Source: Camelus dromedarius (taxonomy: Eukaryota). From it: a stretch of DNA of 64,000 nucleotides. The position numbers and the translations under genes were made by a program. Below the pieces are notes generated by a model that was not told where the DNA came from, searched no databases, and saw nothing but the letters and a program-made list of their open reading frames with translations. The stretch is taken from positions 2,294,001-2,358,000 of the forward strand of contig NC_087437.1 in NCBI RefSeq assembly GCF_036321535.1, in the 5' to 3' direction. Positions 52,660-64,000 of this stretch are shown in pieces (position 1 is the first letter of the stretch; each line of letters starts with the position of its first letter).

Positions 52660-52842
52660 GTGGGCGGGGGTGCAGCTCAGTCGTGGAGCCCGGCTTAGCG
52701 TGCGTGAGGTCCAGGATCCAGTCCCCAGGATCTCCAGTAAATAAACAAATAAACCTAGTTACCCCCCCAAAAAAACCCAGCAAAATAAAACAAAACATTA
52801 ATAATAATAATAATAATAATAACAATAATAATAATAATAATA
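52660..52842 (+). mobile_element. tRNA-derived SINE, Vic-1-like, with (AAT)n tail
   Basis: GGGGGTGCAGCTCAGTCGTGGAGC...GAGGTCCAGGATCCAGTCCCCAG...AAACCTAGTTACCCCCCC; TCAGCATG flanks at 52652 and 52848. Confidence 0.85.
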
Positions 52843-55759
52843 AAGAATCAGCATGATATCACCATGTAGGTAGTTACATGGGGAGATGGATGCAGGAGCC
52901 TTAAGAAGCAGGATTGCTCCCTGGTTCCCCACTGAGATGATTAGGTGGACAACAAGTTTGAGGGTAGAGTGAAGTGATGAGCCAACTTTGGACTTGCTTG
53001 AGCTTGAGATAGCATGACTATTCATGCAAGAGTTTTGACTGATACTTGAAGATTTTTCCTAAATTGGTACAAGCCTTGTTTGAGTAAGAAATATGCAAAT
53101 ATGTTTAAGTTGGGTTTGTAGGTGGAAATGCGGATTTTCTGGAATAATTTCAGCTTGATTCACTGACATTGGAACATATTGGAATAAGCTTGAACTTGTT
53201 TTTATTCATCAGACTATGTTATGCCAGAGTAACCAAACAAACAGCAGCAATGACTTAGAACAAGGAGAACTTCCTTCTCATCAGACAGGCACAATGGTAA
53301 GCTTAGCTGACAGTCCATGGCAACCATCAAGCCAAGGAGAGTTCAACCCCATGTTTCCACATCCACCAAGACTGTTGTCACTTTGAAACAGAGCCCTGGA
53401 GCTTTCTACCATCAATTAATTGCTTTCACCCTTAAGTAACATATGTCCCATCTGCACACATTTCTTGGCTAAAACCAATCACAAGCCACATCTAACTTCA
53501 AGGAGGTAAACAGGTTCTCTGACTAGCCTTATGTGCTCAGGAGAACCAGAACTATTGATAAATCACACTATTATCTTCCACAGATTTGTAGTCAGAGACA
53601 CTTAAGTTTCAAGGCCAGCTCTGCCTAAGCTTCTATAGTCACAAAGCGAGAAGACTGATCTTCTGAGATTTGAGGATATGATGCCAAAGTCTGTATAAAA
53701 CTCCTGGTCAGTTGCTCTATCAATGGTACAGTTGGTAGGCATAACTTGCTTGAATATTTAAATGCATGCTATCTGTTAAAATGAACTTTGAGTGTGGAAC
53801 TTGTCCCCACACACCAAACACAAGTCTTTGAAAATTTGTTCTTTCCATTTTTAGTTTATATTATTGCAAAATGTGATTGGAAATAAATATAAATGAACAT
53901 ATGATCAATTCCACTTTGTGTTTCTATAAAGGTTTCCCTGGGCATCACAGCTTATTTTGTTTTTGAAGACCTTGTGAATCTTGCTTGTAATTTGATGTCC
54001 TTCAAATTCTTCTTTAAAAGAAGTTCTCCTTTTTGATTGTTTGTTAGAGTTTGTTGGTGTTTCAATGGGTGGTTGCTTATTTTTGGATCCAACAGATTTT
54101 GATCTTCTGATTACTGATCTGGATCTAAATATATGATACATGCAAGTTTAATGATTTATTGCATGGCCACATCTGCATATCTTAAACCTGAATGCTATTA
54201 ACCCATAATTCCCTTAGGCTGGGTAATGTCCACAAGGCTCCTCCCCACAACACTTCATCTCAGAGCTTCCTCAGGGCCTTTGTCCTCCAATGTCACTAGC
54301 ATTCTGCCAGGCTTCCAAATGTCATTTTGACTGTAGACATGCCAATTTCAATTATGCAATGTTTTTTAAACTAAGATACAGATTGGAAATGCTCAGTGAA
54401 TTCAAGTAATTACATATTATTACCTTGAGTGAGGTAATGCATTACAAGCTGTAATGTAATTAATCTTACCTTAGTGGCTTCTATAAGCATGCCTGATATA
54501 CACCAACAAGCTTAATTACTTCAAGCAGCTAAATCTGACTCGATATTAGGACATCTGATTTCATTTAGAATAATTAAATTTAGGAAAAATTAACTTTTAT
54601 GTTCTTATTTCAAAAGATCTAAAATTAATTTAAATTTTAAATGTATTATTATAAATTAATTGTTCATTGAAAATATACCTTTGAGTGAATTTTTAACTAA
54701 CATAAAATTAGTTTGGGATATTCATCTTTGTGAAGGTACAAATGTTAAAATATGCATTTAAATTAAAAAAAAAGAAAAGATAGAGATCAGTACCTAAATT
54801 TAAGCAGCAGTCTGTGCTAGTCAGGAAAACATTCTCACTGTGGAGGCAGCAACTGAGAAACTCACAGCAGCTTTGACACCCAAATGATGTTATATGCTAA
54901 CTTCTATTTATTGTACATGAACAAACTCTTAAAGTTAATAATAAAAGTAGAATTTCTGAAGTTAAAAATGTGGAGGAAAACCCCCTCTATATCCCTATAA
55001 CTCTAAAGACTGTGATATATTATCATTCAAATATTTGTTTATTGAGCATTTACAGTGGAAGAGGAGTGATTGGGTCCTGCAGAGGGGGCATCTGAGTTAT
55101 TACTGGGGTGCCAATTAATGCATCTTAGTTGAGGTAATAAGTACATAAATTTTTAAAGTTAAAGTGCTATGAAAACGTAGTCCAAATTTGCGTGTGGTGT
55201 GTATATAAAAAAAAATAGAGGTATTCCCTATTTATCTGCAAACATTTAAGTCGTGCTGCTGGTAAACACCATAAACAAGAGCTTTTATTATCTTTCTCTA
55301 CTTCACACCAGAATTAAAGGCCCTCTTATTCCTCATGCTTAGAGTTGACTCTACCACTTAACTCAATGGTTCTTTTTTTTTTTTTTTCAAATTAATGTAG
55401 AAAACACCCAAGAAAAGTAAAGAATAAATAATAGCAGCAATTTTACTAGTAGTTATTAAACAAGTTCTTCCAAAGGGGAAAAAAAGCAAAAATTTCAAAG
55501 AAATGTGTCAACAAAAATCAGCTTTAGACAATAGAATCTGACCTATGGATAAAATTTTAAAAGAAGTTAAAGTATATTTTGAATAAAACAAAAAATGCCA
55601 AAGAGTGTGACTTTCAAATGTATCAACAATTTCCATAACAACGATGAGCTGAGAGAATGTCATGTTTTACAGCAAAAATCATCAGCAGAAGTCCAGACGT
55701 GAGACATTTCTTGGGAGTCGGGTGTGGAGATGCAGCGTCCGCGGTCCTAGGGACTGACT

Positions 55760-56090
55760 GCAGCAGGCGCCCCCACTGCCCCGGGCAGGGGCAGAGACCG
55801 CAGGGACTACCCCAGCTGAAGGGGTTGCTGCCCAAGGCCACACCCTTCCCGGGGCGCTGCACATCCATCACTGTCTGATGAAGGATCACCAAGGTGCAGC
55901 CATTTCCCCTCAAAGCTGGACCACTCCGATAGGGTGCTTTTAGCTCCAGACATCCCTGGGTCAGTGGAGGCTCTGCTCACTGGGTGATGCTCCAGTTCTA
56001 ACTCTCTCCAGAGAGACAGTGTACTTCCTCCCCTCCTCTCTCCCACACACTCAGCTCTGTTTCAACATCTCACTCTCAGAGCAGCTGATG
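55760..56090 (-). mobile_element. ERVL LTR16-like relic
   Basis: tgcccaaggccacacccttccc...catcca..actg...tttagctccaga resembles the recalled LTR16 family. Confidence 0.5.
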
Positions 56091-58974
56091 TATCACATTT
56101 TATAAATGCAATTTAACTGAAAAGAAATCATGGCATATGAAATCTGACTTCTTAAGAATGATCTTTTCTTTTTCCACTAGACCTAAGATTGTTATACATA
56201 TTCATATATGATTTTCTGTTAAAACAAAACAAAACAAAAAAACCTATGGAACACAGACATAGAGGAATTGGAATGAAAACTGTAAAATCTGTGGTATCTG
56301 GGCTGCCTTTGAAGAAGCTAAGCCAGGATTCTGATGGCAGGAATCACACCAGCCAGAAAGAACAAAAGCCGGGTTTGTTTTCAGACAGTGTAAGAATGGC
56401 AGAATTAGACATGAACTGTGAAAATAAAATAAATGTAAAATGTAGACACATATTCTGTTTTTTGCACTTTTCTCAAAAGATGGCAGAGTCCTTAGCATCT
56501 TCTAATTTCCGCATTAAACTATTTTGAAATCTGCCTATGATCACAGAATTTTGTGATGTGCTAAAGTGCTTATGATACTCAGCTTTTAAGATTTCAATTA
56601 GCAAGTGCTAATTAGCATCTAAAATGAGGGAAAGGTCCCAGAGAGGTTGTAGGAAAAGCAAGGAAGGTACAAAGTTGAGGGGCCTGAGATAGAAAGAGAG
56701 TGACTTCAAAGCAGAGAAGAGGAGAGTGGAGGAGCAGGAGGTGGGAGCACAGTGGGCCAGAGGAGGAAATGATGTCTTCTCAGCAGAGGAAGCAGAGCGA
56801 TGTGCAAAACTGCTTTTTCAGAGGGCTTGTTTTTCTTGCCCTTGCTTTCAAACAAGATTCTGAAAATGCTTCCTGCTTAAATGATTTAATTAAGTTTTAT
56901 TTTCACCTTACAATCAAATCTGAAGAGTGAAATTCAAATAAGCTACAAGTAGCTTTCTGTTTTCAATTGTTAATAATTCTGGACAACAACGTACACTGAC
57001 TTTATTCTCAGTTTCCTTCCTGTCTTGCATTAAATTGTACATATCACAACACAAAAGTTTAGAGTTTGAGAAAGTTGTTTACAACTCAATGCATTTTTAT
57101 GATGATAAAAACTTCAGAAAGATCCCCTAAGAAATTATTATCCTTTATGAGTGAATAACTCAAAGACTTTAATTAAAAAATCCTTCACAGATCCCATATG
57201 CACCCAATAAGGCTAAAGTCATATAATTGGCTACCTAAGCTGTAGGCAGCTGGAGACGGTTTTCCAATTCCTTACAGGAAGGGAGCCAGAACAGAGAGCA
57301 GGAAGACAATACGTCATTGAGAACATCGCTGGAGCATCACCTTTAGTGAAAGGAAGCAATGGAAGTCTCAAAGGGCAAAGGCAGGCAGTTGGTCCTGAGA
57401 ATCTCTTGGACGAGGTTATTTTTATTAGGCATAGCTTATGATGGGAAGCAAATGCACTAGGAACAAACTACCTGGTGCAGACGGATGTGGGTGTTAGTTT
57501 CCTAAGGTGAGAATCAAATTCGCAAACCTAACATTTAATCAGAACTATTGTTTCTAACTTGCAAGTCAAGCTCTATTGCTTCCAGGTAATACATTGTATG
57601 ATTTCCAATCAAATGCTAATGAGGAATAGAAATGATAGAGTGGCAGGAACAGCACTGAGACAAACCTGCTTTTCTCCAGATATCCTGGGGGGGAAAAATC
57701 CTCACCCCTAGGATATTTAAGAAAAGAAGAGAAGTGCAGACTTCCACCCTGCTTACATGATGTAATCATAGTTCCATCACTGATAACACAGCTTAAAAAT
57801 TGTACACAGCTTCACAAAATGTGATGGACATTGAGGTGGGTTCCATACTAACACTGAAGGGAATCATATGCTGTGGACTCAGCTTTACTGCAGGAAATAA
57901 TTTGGCTGTGAAACATAGGCTGAGTTGGCTTTCACCATCATTTTCATCAGGGCTTAAGTTGTTACCCATTTTCATAATGCAGTGACTAAAAACATTGCAT
58001 CTGGAATTACCACATTGTTAAGAACATTTACAATTATTTCAAGAATTAAAATTCTACTTTTCAAAACTGTATCTGGGAGGGGGCTTTATAAAGCAGTGTG
58101 TGTGTCTGTGTGAGTATGTGTGCATGTATGTAGATACGTGTGTAGGTGGATAAAATAGCCTGTCACGTTTGCTTTGAGTTAATAAAACAAAGATGTGCCC
58201 TGATGCAGTTTCACAGCACATTGGCTGTCATAGCCTGAAACCAGCACATTCCGTAACTAGATTCTCAATGAAACTTAATACAACTTTTCTCACGTTAAGG
58301 ATGATTTCTGTTTTTCCCTTACAATGTAAACGACTTATCACATAAGTGAATTCTGCTTTCAATTATTATAAAGCACGGTACAATCATGTAGTATGATGTC
58401 AGCGTATGATGTCTTATGTGGTCATGTTAGTCATCGATCCTCATTTTCCATTGAATGTTGTCCAAGTTCCTTAGCAGCCTATAATGGCCCTCAGTGTCAC
58501 AGGGTGTGTGTGTGTGTGTGAGACTACAACTCTCATCAGATGCTTCTGGAAAAGTATGTGCAGTACTGGAGAGGAGGTGGGTTTGACCTGTTGCAAGGAC
58601 TAGGACTTGCTACTGGGATTTAATCGATGAGGACCAGTGATGCCAAGCATCCTCCTCCAAAACTGTCATGAACAGCAGAGAGCTGCCCAGTATGCTGGTA
58701 GCGCCTCTGCTGAGGAGCCCGTCATCACAGTCTGACTCGCTGTGTCTCTGTGAGCTTTGATCTGCCTTGCCCGCTCACAGGCTCCAAACCCCGGGCACAC
58801 TGGATGTGCTGTTTGCTTTAATATGGGCCTTGGTGTGCTGTCTCCCCTTCCCGAAGGGCCCTTCTCTTCTTCCCTTCCCTGTCATCAGGAAGCCGGACCA
58901 CTGACTCAGTTTTCCAAATTCAATTCACCTGCTGTTTCCTTAGTAAAATGTTCTATAACTTTCTCATGTTTCAT

Positions 58975-59410
58975 GAAGTCATATCTTGTTTTATTGTGCT
59001 TTGTTTATTGCAATGCACAGACATTCCTTTCTGTCTTTCTTTTTACAAATTGAATTTTTGTGGCAACCCTGCATTGAGCAAGTCCATAGGTACCATTTTT
59101 CCAAAAGCATTTTCTCACTTTGTGTCTCTGTGTTCCATTTTGGTAACTTTCACCATATTTAAAACTTTTCCATCATTATTATATTTTTATGGTGATTTGT
59201 GATCAGTGATCTTTGATATTACTACTATGCTTGTTTGGGGCCACCATAAACCGCATCCATGTAAGATGATGAGCTTAATCAATAAATGCCATGTGTGCTC
59301 TGAGTGCTGCCCCTCCTGCTGTCCCCCCACCTCTGTCCCTCTCCTCAGGCCTCCCTATTCCCTGAGACACAATGATATTGAAATTAGACTGATTAATAAC
59401 CCTATTACTG
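58975..59410 (+). mobile_element. Tigger1-like DNA transposon, 5' fragment
   Basis: ttttacaaattgaatttttgtggcaaccctgcattgagcaagtccataggtaccatttttcca...ctcaggcctccctattccctgagacacaatgatattgaaattag. Confidence 0.85.
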
Positions 59411-61715
59411 ATTTGAATTGTGATGAAATACTTACTTTTGAGTAACCACAAAAAATTTAATATTTCTGAATTTCAGTTTACAAAATCTATACAATTTATA
59501 ACGTATTTCAAGAATGAAGCAAACACATATCTAGCGAGTGTTCTGTGAGGATCAAGAGGGGTTACATAATGCCTTAGACAATTTCAGGATCATTGGGGGG
59601 GTCTCAATGACTAGATCATATGAGAGCTGCATCCATCACTCTCAGCATGTCTTTATTCTGTCTGGCCTTTTCTCCTAAAGTTTAAATTTCTCAAACCTTT
59701 AAATCTTGCAAGAACTAAAAGTTCTTAAATTTTGCTGTATTCAAATATATATACAACTTGTTTACTATGTTTCATATGTTATGTTTTGATTTTTGCCATA
59801 ATGATAGATCAGTTTTTTATTCTATTTCATGAGCAAGTTTTGATTTAGACCACGTGAACACTATGTTCAAATGTCCTTTGACAATTTAGCATGGATTCAA
59901 GGTATAAATCAAAATTCAATCAAAAGCAGAACCTTGCTTTTTCATTGCCTTTTGTTGGTGTGACTTATAGTTTCCTCTGGCTTTTTTGGCTTTCTCCCAA
60001 GTTAATAGTTCTTCAACTCTTAGATACTTGATATCTTGTGTTGCCATTAATCACCTCAAAGTTAACAGCTAACACACCTCTCAGTATTATCTTGGGTTTA
60101 ACTCTGTCTACACAGCAATGAATCAAAGTCACGAAAACAGGGGATAGTACCTCTTTAAATCAAAGCATTTAAAAATATATATATTGTTCAAAAGTTTCAG
60201 ACTTCGGAAATTCTTTTGATTCTGACAATTTTCTCTTTGAAATTAATGTCCTTTAAACATGCTATCTGGTGAAATGTTACTTGATGAAAAGTATTAATTA
60301 GACATGACTCTTTAAGGTTATTTTGCTAAAGAAAAATTCCTATCTTGACTAAAAGTTTATTCAATTTTTATTGTTTTTCTAAAATGCTGCTATGTGTTTA
60401 TCTCTCAGTATCGATACACTGTCTTGTATTAACACATTTTTAATAAAAGGGGAACTATAAATTTGATATTTGAGTGATAAATCAGGTGATTACCTGGATC
60501 AGTTAACTTCTTGGCTCTACAAGAAAAATAGCTTAATGACTGACTCAAAACCTTTGGGGGTTAAAACTATGTTGTAGACACTATGTGAGAATGTTTAAAT
60601 TCTATAGCTTTGAAATCAAACTTTTATTTCCACAAAATTATGAGTATAGGAATCATAAATCTTATTGATATTGGAAGTTAATTGGGAGATTTTAATGTGA
60701 AAATTTTTGTCTAATTATATCATAAAATTATACTAACAAATAGTTTGGGCCTTTAAACAATCAAAAGATAGGTTAACTTGTTAAAAATTATCTTTTAAAA
60801 ATACATTTCACAGAATATGGGTAGAATACGGAGATGAATTGAAAGATTCCAGAGATGGACAAATATGAAAGAGTGACATATTTCTATCTGAAGGCAAAGA
60901 TTTGAAAATGATAGTTCTTCAGTTTATTGCTTTTCTTAAAATTGTATCTTAACATACCACTCATATTATCAACTCATAATTTTGTAATTTTAATCTGTTG
61001 AAAGCATGATTTTGCTGTCAGATAAACTTTTTTTTTATTAAAACTAACTTTAAGTGAATCTTGAACCCCTAACCAGAAGGAAACCATTAAATATAAAAAG
61101 GATTAAAATCTTAGCAAGTTAAAAAATAAAATTAACAGACAAGTTGAATTTTATAGTATGATAAAAATGAATGATTCAATTACATTTATGATATTTTCTC
61201 TCTCCTCTTTATGCACTTATGAGGAACTTCAGTTTTGATAGATGACTATTATTGTGCATCCATAATACATTTACTTAAACTATGGGCTAGTGGAAAGAAG
61301 CCTTAGATATTTTTCATGTGGTTAATATATAGGATTAGTAAAAGTGATTATTTTCATCTAGTCCAAAGGGTTATGAGGAACATTCAACACTGTGGACAGG
61401 GGGAAACAGACCCTTGGGTTCTTAGATTAGGAGAAGCCAAATAAGCTTGAACACAAATAATTATCAAAACAGTGACAATAAAAATCTACCCCACTTTTAA
61501 ATTACTCAGCTGGCAGGTACTAGATTCACTTTCAATTGCTAAAGCAGAATCTATGCTTGAGGTCCTTGGCCAGCTTAATAGAGAGGTAAGTGACATGCAC
61601 AACCTATTTGTATGTTAATAGTAAGAGCAAGATAAAACTTCAGGAGTAGACAGGCCACAAGCCAGGGAAAACAGGGAAGGGAGAGATAGTGGAATACATT
61701 ATTAAGAAAAAGGAG

Positions 61716-61717
<2 letters not shown>

Positions 61718-61782
<65 letters not shown>
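61718..61782. repeat. Perfect (AT)n microsatellite, about 32 units
   Basis: Read directly from the sequence. Confidence 0.95.
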
Positions 61783-61785
<3 letters not shown>

Positions 61786-62496
61786 ACAGGATACATATAT
61801 TGGGCCTGCTTCTGGCATCTCAGCATACATGTAATCAAATAGTTTATACATTTTAATATCTTATACTTTGTTACTTTGCTATGAAGTAAGGAGATCGGGA
61901 AACACGATTAAATAGGCTCTACAGCTGAACATTTTAGAATTGCAAATAATAATAATTATGCTACAATATTGATCTTGGCTAAAGAAGAAACTCCTAACAT
62001 AAGAGACCTAAGATCGACTGCCTACCTGAATATTTTCCCCAGTAGGCAGAGAAGTGTAGAGGGTATGTTCCTTATAGCATGGAAGGATTTTCTTTATTGC
62101 ATGTAAAGTGTTAATACTGGAAGCAGTCAGATATTATATGTTTCTTAAATTATCTCCTTCAAATCTTACTATGATGCTACTAAGTGAGAGTATTTTCCTT
62201 TTTATAGACCAAAAGAAAAAAAAAAAAAAAAAGAAATACTTAGTAAGTTGCTCAAAGTCAGGTAGATTTTTGCGTCTGACAGGGGTTAAACTCCAGCCCC
62301 TCCCCAAACTGCCCATTCCACCAAGCCAACAGCGTCCTGTTCTCTTCTTGAGAGTGGTTGTGGCAAATAAATCCCAGCTGTGTATGTTCTTCTTATATAA
62401 TCTCTCTTCTTGTGGAGGAGGAAGAATAAAATATATCAATTAAATCATCTTTAAACTAAATAACTTGCTTCTGAGACCCATCAAAATCAAAAGGAG

Positions 62497-62586
62497 TGGT
62501 GGAGGTATGACTCAGTACAGAGCACGTGTCTGGGATGTGTGAGGTCCTGGGTTCAATCTCCAGTACCTCCATTAAAAGGATAGAAT
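62497..62586 (+). mobile_element. Short tRNA-derived SINE, Vic-1-like
   Basis: GGTATGACTCAGTACAGAGC...GAGGTCCTGGGTTCAATCTCCAGTACCTCCATTAAAA; AAAATCAAAAG flanks at 62483 and 62587. Confidence 0.8.
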
Positions 62587-63369
62587 AAAATCAAAAGTAG
62601 ATACTGCATTTCAAATGCATAAAGCCAACATTTGCTGTAGAAAGAGTTATTCAGGATAAACTTCAAAAGTAGGATCTGAAATTAATACAAAGACTATATG
62701 AAGAATGTATTGAAGAATAGTGCCTCTGCTGTACAATGGGAATGTGTGTCTAAAGAAACGGGCTCGCATAGCAATTTTCAGTGATATGTATACAATTACT
62801 GGCTGTCAAATAAAGTTACATTCATTAAATCTCAGATCCAGACACAGGAACTTTAACCATAGAACCATCCTTTGGTGAGTATTTTTAAAGTCTATGATTA
62901 CTATTGGTATTGTTACTTATTCCCTGTACCTTAGATTAATTACTAAAAATATCTTCTGATCCTATGAATAAGAGGAAAAAGTTTTAGGAACTGATTTGAG
63001 GATTAACTTCAGATTTCATCATTAAACTTAGACTTATATGTAATATTCTTAATAGAGAGGAACATAAGTATTCTTGTAGGAATTTTTAGAAATAATTCCA
63101 AACAGTAATTCATATCAGCATGAAGTCATAAATAACTTTATTATAGGCAAATTGAAAAAAAAAAAGTGAATTTCTTAAACTCTAGAATTTTTTCAGAATT
63201 GAGAATTCTGAAAGCCCACAGAATTCAAACCCGGTAATCTAAATAAACAGGCCTGAGTTGGGACTGAGGAACCTGACCGTCATTAGTAAGGTATGCATAC
63301 TTAGATACAGAGTAGGACCCCGGTGTTTCATAACACACTCTGAGGAACAACTGAGATAGCAGGTCCAAT

Positions 63370-63885
63370 TGTTACAAAGTCCAAAATTGTTCTGCTCACC
63401 ACACAACAGGCCAGTAAGTTGGGAGACTAGGTGTTGGGGCAAGGAATAATAACTATTTGGAAAGTGGGCAGACCGAGAAGATGCAGACTAAAAATGTCCT
63501 GGAGAACCATCTTCCCCAAGGCAGAATTCAGGCTCCTTTTTTACTAAAAAGGGGAGGGGGTGTGGTTGGTTGTTGCAAACTTCTTGGTGTCAGAATCCTT
63601 TGTTCTGCAGCCTTCCATGTGGGTCAGGTCATACTGTCCCTGTAAACTTCCAACAACATGTTATTTTCTATTCTGCAACTTTTTAATCTTTATATGAACA
63701 GGAAAATGTTATACTCTTAAATAGCGCAGCCTTGGCAATGGGCTGCCCTGTCTATTTCAGGCTCTGGGCAACATTCTTTTACAAAAGGGGCAGAACCAGG
63801 ATGAGTCAGCTCTGGACACAGAGCACAGCGCTAGAGCTAAAGGCACAGGTTTAATATGGATTCAGCTTTGTTCTCCCCTATTTCA
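63370..63885 (-). mobile_element. ERV1-type solo LTR (~516 bp)
   Basis: TGTTAC...TTTCA termini; flanks CAAT/CCAT (4-bp TSD with one mismatch); internal sequence resembles laurasiatherian ERV1 LTRs. Confidence 0.65.
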
Positions 63886-64000
63886 CCATGAACAGGGAAT
63901 TCTAAGAAGTGGGCAAATTATACATTTAAGAAGACAACACAATGTTTTCATTTTAAGAAAATAAAAAGATGAATACCTGCTTCAATTATACTTTAATTAT

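Noticed and set aside
62835..62880. Exon-like segment ending TTG|gtgagt
   Set aside because: The acceptor is weak, no partner exons were found, and the peptide is unrecognisable.

Overview
This is mammalian genomic DNA, not prokaryotic. tRNA-derived SINEs resembling Vic-1 suggest a camelid. No intact gene is present. The window is a mosaic of duplicated pieces. (1) 1-5685 is the edge of a GC/CpG-rich ~1.85-kb tandem macrosatellite with an alternating A/B (~3.7-kb) higher-order structure. (2) ~5686-19000 is an unprocessed partial DYRK1A copy on the minus strand: four exons with introns, a nonsense codon, a partly deleted exon and a dead splice donor, cut off by the satellite. (3) ~19000-36815 is repeat-rich intron-like DNA of uncertain origin. 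(4) ~36815-44040 is an unprocessed partial HERC2 copy on the minus strand: six exons from the DOC-domain end and RCC1-like domain 2, with two dead donors and one exon apparently missing. (5) ~44200-64000 is AT-rich DNA with old transposons and microsatellites. The most notable observation is that the surviving HERC2 and DYRK1A exons are co-oriented and phase-compatible, so they could splice into a stop-free chimeric frame (193 aa from the first ATG) that keeps the DYRK1A DCAF7-binding segment. There is no expression evidence, and decay signatures favour a pseudogene. Gene and repeat identities come from manual translation and recalled reference sequences, not database searches.
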